The notes under the pieces were generated by a model, which ran no database searches, had not been told where the DNA came from, and saw only the letters and a program-made list of their open reading frames with translations. Of a stretch of 64,000 nucleotides of DNA, positions 32,350-40,851 are shown piece by piece. Position numbers and translations under genes: made by a program. The stretch's first letter is position 1. Each line of letters opens with the position of its first letter. The stretch is from Candidatus Poribacteria bacterium (GTDB lineage: Bacteria > Poribacteria > WGA-4E > PCPOR2b). Where the stretch lies: contig OZ240245.1 in NCBI GenBank assembly GCA_965198175.1, forward strand, positions 2,160,164-2,224,163, read 5' to 3'.

Positions 32350-33210
32350 ATGAAAACCGCATTGTTGATTCTTACGTTGGCGTCTTTGTACTTAACCGTG
32401 TTCATTCAAAATGTGGAATCACACATTAAAAACCCTGAAATCAACGCTAAAGCGAAAGTGTACATTCAAGCAATTGGTAATTCTGAAGTTGTTGATTTCA
32501 TAGCAAAATCGAGTTGCACATTTCGTATCGGTGCCCATGCTGGTGGTGCTAATGATAACCATTTGCATAAGGCAAATTGGTTTGCACAAGTCTATATCCA
32601 CGATCCGGGTGGAAACCCAGACCCCAATGGTCTTTACGCCGTTAAAAATCCAACCGAAGACATATAGGGCAGTGGATTCTGGAGACCCGATTCAAGTCCG
32701 TTAAGTGTTGGGAAAACATTAGCGTTAAATGAATGTGCTGAAGGTGATGCCATTTCATCTGGACGCCTATGGACACCCAATCAGGGGGACGATGTATATG
32801 GTCGTGATGAGGACGGCGATAATCATCTCTCATTCTGTATCTGGGGTACAGGTGCAGCTCCAGGGTTGTTTGGAGCTCAAATTCAAGAACTTGACTTTGA
32901 CGAGTTAGGTGAAGTCTTACGTGATTTAATTGAAACCGCACGTTTGATTGACCCTAACATAGATGCTGCCGTTTACTTCGGTGGGCATATCCAAACATTA
33001 GTGTTTGACGAAAATACAGTTTATGTCTATGAGTCATATTCGCTAGGCGTTCCTGAATTGGTGGAAGAAAACTTGAGGGATAACTTGAGAGCTACTGCCA
33101 ATATCGTGGAACTAGATCCTTTGGACGGTGTAGAATACCATATACCAGTAGCCCCAGCTAAGTATCGGCGAAAATTGACTACTACATGGGCAGACATGAA
33201 ACAGAAGTAG
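32350..33210 (+). pseudogene. Secreted His1-type protein A1 with a single in-frame TAG
   Basis: Signal peptide ...NVES|HIK; TAG 32665-32667; same frame continues GSGFWRP...GAAPG...KLTTTWADMKQK; homologous to 38078 and 34592. Confidence 0.8.
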
Positions 33211-33275
33211 CTAACAAATGAAGGCTACTGTGATCCAGTAGCCTTCTAACTTCCTTGCATAAAAGGAGGATAATA

Positions 33276-33797
33276 ATGAAAGTATTACTGTTGCTATTGG
33301 TAATCGTATTGGCTTGTGGTGAAAATGAAGATACTGACAAGGAACTTATTAACACTGTAATCGTTCCCGGACTGGAAGCTGTAGGCATTAAGCTAGGCGA
33401 TGATTTAGATAGAGTTATGGAACTATATGGCGAACCACGCTTAGACTTTAGACCTGAATGGTATAATTCATACCAATCGAACCGTTGGAATATAGCCTAC
33501 GATTGGAGTGATTTAGGCGTAACTGTTTATTTTGACAATAATGATAGAGCTGTTGAAATAGGAGTACGAAATCCAGAAGCACGAACAATAAGGGGTCTTG
33601 GCGTAGGTAGTACGTGGGACGAAGTACATGAAGTATACGGTAATGAATCAAATGTTGATTCAGGTCAAGGTGGGGTTATTACTTTTGGCGATGGTGGTGC
33701 AAAGTACTCAGATGCTTATACTTCTAGGGGTGTAGAATTTAGATATAAAATCAAGCCGTTCATAGTGGTACAGGTTGTTGTCTTTGATAGGGAATAA
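33276..33797 (+). CDS. Lipoprotein B1 with two BLIP/SmpA-like repeats
   Basis: AGGAGG RBS, lipobox VLAC; GIKLGDDLDRVMELYGEP and GLGVGSTWDEVHEVYGNE. Confidence 0.75.
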   Translation: MKVLLLLLVIVLACGENEDTDKELINTVIVPGLEAVGIKLGDDLDRVMELYGEPRLDFRPEWYNSYQSNRWNIAYDWSDLGVTVYFDNNDRAVEIGVRNPEARTIRGLGVGSTWDEVHEVYGNESNVDSGQGGVITFGDGGAKYSDAYTSRGVEFRYKIKPFIVVQVVVFDRE

Positions 33798-33819
33798 GGT
33801 AAGCATTTGTTGGAAGGTT

Positions 33820-33847
33820 GGGGGCAGTTCACGCTGCCCCTTTTTTT
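33820..33847 (+). terminator. Intrinsic terminator
   Basis: GGGGCAG-TTCACG-CTGCCCC-T7. Confidence 0.85.
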
Positions 33848-34037
33848 ATCCTATCATTCCATCTATATTTACTACTACAATTCCACCTATTCTAACTTCT
33901 ACTATGCCTTCAGGTAGATTTAATCGCTGAAGGTTTATATTCCATTTAGTTCCACTACCATTCGCTATCAAGTTGTTTACTGAAACCTGGTTCACCGAAG
34001 CATCAAGATTTATCACTACCACAGCATTAGGCGGTAG
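33846..34037 (-). pseudogene. 3' remnant of a convergent gene cut at a REP element
   Basis: Open frame LPPNAVVVINLDASVNQVSVNNLIANGSGTKWNINL...DGMIG* ending at the terminator. Confidence 0.55.
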
Positions 34038-34171
34038 TTCTTGTAGGTTGGGTTGAACGTAGTGAAACCCAACGCTTTTCTGTCGTCCAGAGGTTTCGAA
34101 AGCGTTGGGTTTCGGGAAAAACTATCGCCTTCGCTATCCGCTCAGTTGATCTCAACCCAACCTACAAGAGC
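34037..34171. repeat. REP/BIME-like palindromic element, copy 2
   Basis: 135 bp, same length as and near-identical to 31513-31647. Confidence 0.8.
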
Positions 34172-34299
34172 TTATAATTGCTGAAGCCCTCAAGCGTGCC
34201 AATGGAAACCAGACGATTGCCGCAGGACTTTTGGGCATGACAAGACAAGCGCTGCATAACCGTCTAGCCCGCACACGAACATCGTCGGACGATGTGTGA
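34162..34299 (+). pseudogene. Orphan Fis-type HTH tail, copy 2
   Basis: LQELIIAEALKRANGNQTIAAGLLGMTRQALHNRLARTRTSSDDV*; same 138-bp length as copy 1. Confidence 0.82.
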
Positions 34300-34491
34300 A
34301 GAGTCGTTTGCCTTTTCCAACCTCTCTTTCCAATCTGTTCAACCCTCTTCTCTCACCTACAACCCCCCGTTGCCTACCCCATCAAAGCGCTGCCATCCCA
34401 GACTGAAAAAAAAAATAAACTGCCCGTATCCCTTAGCACATAAGCGTTTCAAAGCACATGCCGAGTCCAAATTGAAAGGGATTATTGGTTT

Positions 34492-34506
34492 TGGCATATA
34501 TTTTGC
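34492..34506 (+). promoter_or_regulatory. Sigma-54 promoter, module 2
   Basis: TGGCAT-ATATT-TTGC in a context homologous to 32095. Confidence 0.8.
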
Positions 34507-34591
34507 CCTATATTCCTACCGAAGTACCTGATTCAGTTTCGATAACTTGGTTTCCATGCAAACACCGAACAACAATAAGGAGGATTTACCA

Positions 34592-35371
34592 ATGAAACGG
34601 ACCACGGTTTTCACCATGCTACTTTTATCTGTCTTGGTTCTTCTTGTTGATACATCAATTGCTCACATCACTGTGGCAGATGACACCGCGGTAATACCTT
34701 ATGCACGAGTTTCCCGTGTTGAGCAAGGTGACGAGATAAAAATTCAAACCGCTACTAGCGTTTCTGTGAAAACAGGTCCTCACGGGGCTTCTGAACAGCA
34801 CGAGCATGCCTATTTGATCGTTGAACATCAAGTTATTACAGATGCTGACGACTCAAGCATTGTTCACCTGTTCCAATATTGGATGAAAGGTGGCACATTC
34901 GTAGGTTCGGGGCAGAAATCGGAGGGCAGGCCCCGCAGAAGGACGGTAACCGACGGTGCTAAATGGGGTCTAGCGTGGGCATCCGGCGAGGTAAGTTCGG
35001 TCTATCAAATGGCAAGCCATACCGGCGTAGCTCATCCTAATAATCAAGCCATGGTAAACAACGGCATACCAGAGGAGGTGGGCGTGGTTAGTGGACTAAT
35101 CCCACTTCAGCCAATTGCACCTGATTCTTCGTCGCGTGCTGCGATTGAACAAGAACTCGCAGACGCTCTCGCAGCAAACTCAGATGCGTCAGTGGCTGTG
35201 AACTATAACGGTAGAATCTACACGTTTGGTGAAGATGAGGAGCCTGTGTTTGACGGGACAGGTGCCTTATCTACAGTCACCGAGTCAGTAGCGTTACCCG
35301 CAGCACCTCCGAGGCCCGAACCGCGCATTGGAACACTAACTACGACATGGGCATCAATGAAAAATGGATAA
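34592..35371 (+). CDS. Secreted His1-type protein A2 (intact)
   Basis: AAGGAGG RBS; signal ...TSIA|HIT; TGPHGASEQHEH; ends GTLTTTWASMKNG. Confidence 0.82.
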   Translation: MKRTTVFTMLLLSVLVLLVDTSIAHITVADDTAVIPYARVSRVEQGDEIKIQTATSVSVKTGPHGASEQHEHAYLIVEHQVITDADDSSIVHLFQYWMKGGTFVGSGQKSEGRPRRRTVTDGAKWGLAWASGEVSSVYQMASHTGVAHPNNQAMVNNGIPEEVGVVSGLIPLQPIAPDSSSRAAIEQELADALAANSDASVAVNYNGRIYTFGEDEEPVFDGTGALSTVTESVALPAAPPRPEPRIGTLTTTWASMKNG

Positions 35372-35384
35372 ACTTCAATTATGA

Positions 35385-35419
35385 TGGGGAACGTCTAATG
35401 AGTTAGATGTTCCCCATTT
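35385..35419 (+). terminator. Intergenic hairpin (terminator/attenuator), repeated at about 39829-39865
   Basis: ATGGGGAACGTCTAA-TGAG-TTAGATGTTCCCCAT-TT. Confidence 0.6.
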
Positions 35420-35442
35420 CCTACTAACAAGGAGGATTTGTC

Positions 35443-36245
35443 ATGACACGCATATTGATTCTCACCGCAATTTTAGTGATGTGCTTGGCTTGCAGCGAAA
35501 CCGAAACACCCTTAAATCCACATAGGTCTATTGAGCATCAGCCGCCTGATCCTGATGTCATTGTTGAGCCGGTAGGCGAACGTGTTTTACTAGAAGCGCC
35601 CCCAGACATACCCCATGGTCTTGCTGCATCATTTGCCCATATACGGGGCGAACTAAAAGAGGAGATATATCAAGACTTGCTCAGGCAGGTAGATAGATAC
35701 TGTCAAGGAGCGCTCAGGAGAAATACACTCCTGATATACTTAAAAAAAAGGTTGCCACCTCAGGTTTTTCCGGGCTTAAACCTACATGCCCATAGGCTTA
35801 CCCGAATTCCTGCTGCAACTCGCGCAGACAAAGATCGAATCAGAGTCGCGGCTCAACTTGTAAACCCAAATATGCGTGGGCTTTCCTTTACTCAAGGAAA
35901 CGTATACTATTACTTTAACGCAAATACCATATTTATTTCCACTCGACTCGACGGCTATGATATGATGGGGCATTTTACGGATGATGATGATAGGGCATCA
36001 AATTTTTATAACCGAATTGAAAAACTCACAAAACGCTTGCCCCCGGTAAACCAGTTGTTATCCCAGAAATTCCAGAAGATTTAGAACTGGACATCATCAT
36101 TTTGGACGAAAATGGGTTTCCCAAAAACCCCAAATACAGAGGCTGGGTGGATGATTTCGATGATGCGCCTCGAGCTACCGATGAACAAATTGCGGAATAC
36201 AACCGCATACACAGCCCCAACGCCTATGACTGCGTGGAAGAATAA
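35443..36245 (+). pseudogene. Lipoprotein B2, frameshifted near the C5 tract 36040-36044
   Basis: MTRILILTAILVMCLAC lipobox; shifted frame encodes ...FDDAPRATDEQIAEYNRIHSPNAYDCVEE*, matching the C-terminus of 39890-40696. Confidence 0.82.
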
Positions 36246-36256
36246 AGGGGTGAGTA

Positions 36257-36436
36257 GTGAGGAAGGTAGCGATTCTTGCTGTGTGCGGGTTTCTTAGGGG
36301 TTGTGCTGGTAACGAGACTCATCTCAATCCTCTCACCAAAGGGGGGCAACATTTATGTCTTTACCTTTCATTCCACTTTGAACACTACTTCCCCAGACTA
36401 AAAAAATTCAAACTGTCTGCACACCTCGATACACTA
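36257..36436 (+). other. Lipoprotein-signal remnant fused to a partial promoter module (module 3), cut by IS5
   Basis: MRKVAILAVCGFLRGCAG..., then CTCTCACCAAAGGGG and CCCAGACTAAAAAAATTCAAACTG homologous to the other modules, ending at CTAG. Confidence 0.55.
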
Positions 36437-37019
36437 GGTTCTGTTGACATTTCAACGGGGCCAGATAAGCGTGGCGACAAAACTCAGAAATCCGAAATAA
36501 CGGGCAGCCAGCTTCTCGAAACGAGAGAAGATACGACGATACCGTTTTATCTTGTTGATAAAATATTCAACTAGGTGTGTTTCTTTGTATAAATGTGGGT
36601 CGTATGTTCTTTGAGTATCACGATTACGTCGAGGCTGTATCACTGCAATTGCACCATTCGTTTCAATAACGTTGATAAAACTGTCCGAATCGTATCCCTT
36701 GTCTCCAATTACATGCTCGCTGTTATAGCCAACTATCAACGCTTCGGCTTCAGCTATGTCGTGTCTCTGACCGGGGGTTAGCTGGAGTCTAAGCGGATTA
36801 CCCAGTGCGTCAACTGTGATATGAATTTTTGTGCTAAAGCCGCCCCGAGAGCGGCCTAGTGCTTGGTTGTCGGTACGTCCGTTTTTTTTGAGGTTCCAGC
36901 CGCACATGGGTGAGCCCGGCAAATGGTAGTGTCAATAATAAGCCACTCCATATCTGGGTCAGAGGCAATCGGTGCGTCTGTGAGAAGATTCCTTTGTCAC
37001 ACCAGCAGCCAAACCGCTT
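36437..37019 (-). mobile_element. Truncated IS5-family (IS427-like) element
   Basis: orfA tail IDTTICRAHPCAAG, A-tract frameshift, orfB GRSRGGFSTKIH...GDKGYDSD...RRIFSRFEK; end next to CTAG; 5' part cut at a REP. Confidence 0.88.
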
Positions 37020-37095
37020 GTAGTTCTTCTAGGTTGGGTTGAGATTAACGGTGCGAAAAGCGAAGGCGATAGTTTTCTCCTAAACCCAACGCTTC
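37020..37095. repeat. Half REP/BIME element
   Basis: GTTCTTCTAGGTTGGGTTGAGAT...GCGAAGGCGATAGTTTT...AAACCCAACGCTT. Confidence 0.7.
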
Positions 37096-37296
37096 TAAAG
37101 CGAGTCCAACAATTTGCAAATTCCATACCCCATACGTTCAACGCTCCTCACTTTCCTATCACCAACGGACGTTCTGATTGCTATCGGTTTGATTGCTTTA
37201 ACACACCTTGCATTTCATTCAAAAGCCCCTAACGACTTATTCTGAAATTATTTGAGCGACACCGGGTTCGATTTCTCCTACCACAACTCCTCTCAC

Positions 37297-37429
37297 CAAA
37301 GGGGTGACACATTTGTGTCATGTGTACACATTTGTTTACAACCCCTGAAACCCTTGATGTGGTAAGGGTTCCCGCGATTTTCAATCGTAATTTCCCGAAT
37401 TTTTGTAAACATAATGTGTCACCCCTTTG
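37297..37429. promoter_or_regulatory. Inverted-repeat-bounded putative enhancer (UAS), module 4
   Basis: Perfect 17-bp IR CAAAGGGGTGACACATT/AATGTGTCACCCCTTTG with internal dyad TGACACATTTGTGTCA. Confidence 0.6.
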
Positions 37430-37548
37430 CCTACCCCGTCAAAGCGCTGCCGTCCCAGACTGAAAGAAATTTATAACTGCCCGTATCCCTTGACACATCA
37501 GGGTTTCCGAGTCCGAGCTGTTTCTAAATTGAAGGGGATTATTCGTCT

Positions 37549-37563
37549 TGGCACATAACTTGC
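37549..37563 (+). promoter_or_regulatory. Sigma-54 promoter, module 4
   Basis: TGGCAC-ATAAC-TTGC. Confidence 0.85.
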
Positions 37564-37661
37564 CCATAACCATAGACAATACCTCAAGCTGCAGAACGGT
37601 CTGCAGTAACCACATAAATTTCTCTCAAGCAAGCATTGACAGAGGTAGGAAGGTGATAACC

Positions 37662-37993
37662 ATGTTTACGAGAAAACAGAAACGTTGATGGGTGGCGCAG
37701 TTTTGTTTGCCGTGTTACTGGTTGCGGGTAGTTATTTCGGAAGCCGCTGGCGCTATGGCCCCTATGTTGAGCCTGTACGAGAACACCTGTTGTCGGACAA
37801 ACCGCGCTCCGTAAGCATAAACCGCCCTGTCCACGCTTCTGTTTCTCAAGATATCTTATGGGTGTCAGAAACAGATTTGATGTCCGAAGAGGAAGAGGTG
37901 CACGAAACAGTGCGAGAGTTCGTTCAAACTGCACCGTTTGGTGCAAAGACCAACTCAACAGATCAAGAATTTCAAACTGTTCGCGTGCCTTGA
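37662..37993 (+). pseudogene. Frameshifted, truncated N-anchored membrane protein
   Basis: ATG 37662 (MFTRKQ) is out of frame with TM segment LMGGAVLFAVLLVAGSYFG; ends where the promoter-module motif resumes at 37988. Confidence 0.55.
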
Positions 37994-38036
37994 TACACCA
38001 GGCTTACCTGGTCAAAAATTGAAGTAGATTATCTAT

Positions 38037-38051
38037 TGGCATACAATTTGC
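38037..38051 (+). promoter_or_regulatory. Sigma-54 promoter, module 5
   Basis: TGGCAT-ACAAT-TTGC preceded by the shared AAATTGAAG motif. Confidence 0.8.
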
Positions 38052-38077
38052 CACAAATAAGAATGGAGGATTTCACA

Positions 38078-38603
38078 ATGTTCAGGCACAAAGTAACATC
38101 ACTAGCGATTCTCGTTGTTCTAAGTTTGTTAGTTCAAAATGTAGACGCGCACCTCCCAAATTACACTATAGACCCGATCGTAAGTGTAGAAGTGGTGACG
38201 ACGGGAGACCCTTGCGTCCTAGAAATGATTTGTAGTGCTAGTTGCACCTTTTATACCGGAACGCATTCTAGTAATGAAAGTCATTTACACCACGCCAATG
38301 CCCTTTTGCAAGTTTATGTATATCCCCCTGGTGGTTATCCGAATATGCCGCACCCGCGCAGTGTATTCGACATTAAGCTACGTTCTAAGGAATTAAGGGG
38401 ACAAAGAAATTGGATCGCACCGACGTTGAGGATTTCAAGAACAATAGGCCAAGGCGAATGTTTGACCGTAGGCGCCGTTTCAAGAGGAGTAATATGGACT
38501 AGCGGACAGCTAGACCATAAATATAGTCCGACGGCTCAGGGTCGTCAGACCTATGGTAACCTAGGCGCCGCACCCGGTGTGGGCTTCAATCAAAAAAGGC
38601 TAG
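38078..38603 (+). pseudogene. Secreted His1-type protein A4 with C-terminal deletion
   Basis: Signal ...NVDA|HLP; SCTFYTGTHSSNESHLHHAN; after GAAPG the tail WASIKKG* lies in the +1 frame (38580-38603). Confidence 0.75.
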
Positions 38604-38608
38604 CTTCT

Positions 38609-38640
38609 GAAAAGGGGATGCCCGGGGCATCCCCTTTTTC
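38609..38640. terminator. Intrinsic terminator, bidirectional-type
   Basis: AAAAGGGGATGCCC-G-GGGCATCCCCTTTTT. Confidence 0.8.
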
Positions 38641-38679
38641 TTTAGTTTTTGAACCTGCCGAAAAATATGGAGGTGTATT

Positions 38680-39444
38680 ATGAGATTCTTTTGGGTACGC
38701 TTCAAAGCGCTTGGAGCCTTTGGACTGGATTCAATTCGTTCGCTGGAATACGCGTTGATTTTATCTCTGTGTTTCTGTTCGGTGTGGGGGTGCGGCGAGA
38801 ACGACCTCCTCAACGGGCAACATCGGGATTGCAGTTTTCAAAACCCCCCGAATCCTAACGACACCAATATCCCGCCCGACTGCATTAAATTCAACTCCGG
38901 GCCCATCACTGCCAACCAATCGTCCCAGCGGCGAGTCGAGGCAATGGTGAAATTGAACGCTTGGGAAAAGGGACTTTTTGTTCACCATTCAGAGCCTTTT
39001 AATTATGTTTTGGGGGACCACACCGGACCCAAATACGTGGCGTGGATGGAGATCTATCAAGAAACACCCGACCTCGGCATTGGCTGGGGTTTTGCGTTAA
39101 GCATCGGTACCGAGGTACAAGAACTCTCATGGCACAGAGCAAATATTGAACCCCCATGGGATTTTGATGGGGATGGCGACTTCGATCACGACGATCAGCA
39201 GGTCCTTTCATATAACATCTACCGTCACATTAGATATCGGGAACCTTTAATCGCCAAAGATTTAATTGTCATTGACAGCCGAAGCGGCTATCCCACTGAC
39301 CACCAATACAACGATTTGGTAGTGGTGCTTGACCGAGAAACCGCTCCCCGAGCTGGCGATGAATTGATGAGAAAAGTGGCGATGTTGGAGTGCAAACGGG
39401 CAAAGGAATGGGGCGAGTGCCGGGAATCCGATTACACCGACTGA
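38680..39444 (+). CDS. Lipoprotein B4
   Basis: GGAGG RBS; lipobox VWGC; C-terminal IVID..G.P...Y.D...D..APRA.DE shared with B2/B5. Confidence 0.72.
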   Translation: MRFFWVRFKALGAFGLDSIRSLEYALILSLCFCSVWGCGENDLLNGQHRDCSFQNPPNPNDTNIPPDCIKFNSGPITANQSSQRRVEAMVKLNAWEKGLFVHHSEPFNYVLGDHTGPKYVAWMEIYQETPDLGIGWGFALSIGTEVQELSWHRANIEPPWDFDGDGDFDHDDQQVLSYNIYRHIRYREPLIAKDLIVIDSRSGYPTDHQYNDLVVVLDRETAPRAGDELMRKVAMLECKRAKEWGECRESDYTD

Positions 39445-39492
39445 GATTTTCCGGCTTCATGAGTGATCCTGTGCACGTCTCGTGACAACTTT

Positions 39493-39691
39493 TCACGGTT
39501 TGCTGATTTTTTATCGCTTCAATAGCCACTTGTGCTTTTAATCGGCTATCGTACTGTTTTCTGTGATGCATGATATGGAAACTCCTTTCTTTTTCTCGGC
39601 GTTGCTGAGCCATATTTTCGCTCAGATGATAACCGTTTTGCCAGTCGGACTGCCACCTTGTTCAACTGTACAGTTTTTGGGGTAATTATAG
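39493..39691 (-). mobile_element. IS3-family left-end remnant
   Basis: End TATAATTACCCCAAAAACTGTACA; orfA start MHHRKQYDSRLKAQVAIEAIKNQQTV. Confidence 0.72.
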
Positions 39692-39817
39692 TTTGACGGC
39701 ACTGGTTCCTTATCTACAGTTACCGAATCAGTAGCGTTACCCGCAGCAGCACCTCCCAGGCCCGAACCGCGCATTGGAACACTAACTACGACATGGGCAT
39801 CAATGAAAAATGAGTAA
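39692..39817 (+). pseudogene. Orphan 3' end of an A2-like secreted protein
   Basis: FDGTGSLSTVTESVALPAAAPPRPEPRIGTLTTTWASMKNE*, closely matching 35249-35371. Confidence 0.85.
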
Positions 39818-39889
39818 ACTTCAATCATGATGAGGAACGTCTAATGAGTTAGATGTTCCCCATTTGAAACCTACAAGGAGGCTTTTGCC

Positions 39890-40696
39890 ATGACACGCAT
39901 ATTGATTCTCACCGTAATTTTATCGATGTGCTTGGCTTGCAGCGAAACCGAAACGCCAATTCCGATAGAACCAAAGCCCATCGTCCAAATCGAAACCGAA
40001 ATACCAATCCATTACGAAATCCCTGCTCACATTCCGCTTGCACTTGCAAAGCGTTATGCTAATCTTCAGGTAGACATGACTGAACCCGAATGGCAGGCGT
40101 CCCTTCAATACATTTACGACCTCTGTCAGGGAGACACCCATCACACCGTCATTGACCTGCACTTGAAGCGTGCTGTCTCGGAGGGAGCATACAATCGCGC
40201 CAAAGATGTACCTCACCCCGCGGCTACGCATGACGACCGCAGTCGAATCTTAGTGGCGTCTTGGTTTAAAGATCATAATGTAAAAGTCGCATTCGACCCT
40301 GACCCAACTGGGCTTAAAGTCATCTACTGGAGAGCGAGACACATAATACTGCTGGAGTTATACGAGGGAGAACCTGAACGAGGCTTGGGAGTGAGTAGCG
40401 GTCCCCTCGGAGGCCCTGCAGCCCCGTTGGACCACCCCATGAACGCAGCCGTATTGGATCAGATACTTGAGGACTGGGTGGAAAAAGGCGAGGTGAATAC
40501 ACCTGATGTTCCTGACAAGCACAAGCGTGAGCATACCGCCTACATTGTGATAGATAAAGCAGATGGTTTGCCGGTCGAACCGAAATACAAGGATTGGATA
40601 GTTCATTTTGACGATGCACCCCGTGCAACCGATGAGCAAATTGCGGAATACAACCACATACACAGTCCCGATGCCTATGACTGCGTCGAGGAATAG
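39890..40696 (+). CDS. Lipoprotein B5 (intact paralog of B2)
   Basis: MTRILILTVILSMCLACSETETP...APRATDEQIAEYNHIHSPDAYDCVEE. Confidence 0.82.
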   Translation: MTRILILTVILSMCLACSETETPIPIEPKPIVQIETEIPIHYEIPAHIPLALAKRYANLQVDMTEPEWQASLQYIYDLCQGDTHHTVIDLHLKRAVSEGAYNRAKDVPHPAATHDDRSRILVASWFKDHNVKVAFDPDPTGLKVIYWRARHIILLELYEGEPERGLGVSSGPLGGPAAPLDHPMNAAVLDQILEDWVEKGEVNTPDVPDKHKREHTAYIVIDKADGLPVEPKYKDWIVHFDDAPRATDEQIAEYNHIHSPDAYDCVEE

Positions 40697-40733
40697 CGAA
40701 AGTAGGGCTAACGCCTGACCACAAGCCGCAACA

Positions 40734-40805
40734 GTAGGATCTACACATTTCGTGAAGATGAGGAGCCTGTATTTGACGGAACAGGCGCCTTATCCACAGT
40801 GACCG
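40734..40805 (+). repeat. Internal fragment of an A2-like gene
   Basis: RIYTF.EDEEPVFDGTGALSTVT matching 35211-35283. Confidence 0.75.
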
Positions 40806-40851
40806 CATTTGAATGATGTCTACTGATAATCCCAAGAAGGAGGAATACCCA

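Noticed and set aside
3347-32667. Stop-codon recoding suggested by in-frame TAGs
   Set aside because: dnaE2 also has an in-frame TAA and a deletion, and intact genes such as ogt and xylF end in TAG.
38604-38683. Track C-terminus of ORF 38036..38683
   Set aside because: It reads through a terminator hairpin; the family tail is in the +1 frame.
35200-40800. Diversity-generating retroelement template/variable repeat pair
   Set aside because: Differences are mostly synonymous and not adenine-specific; no reverse transcriptase in the window.
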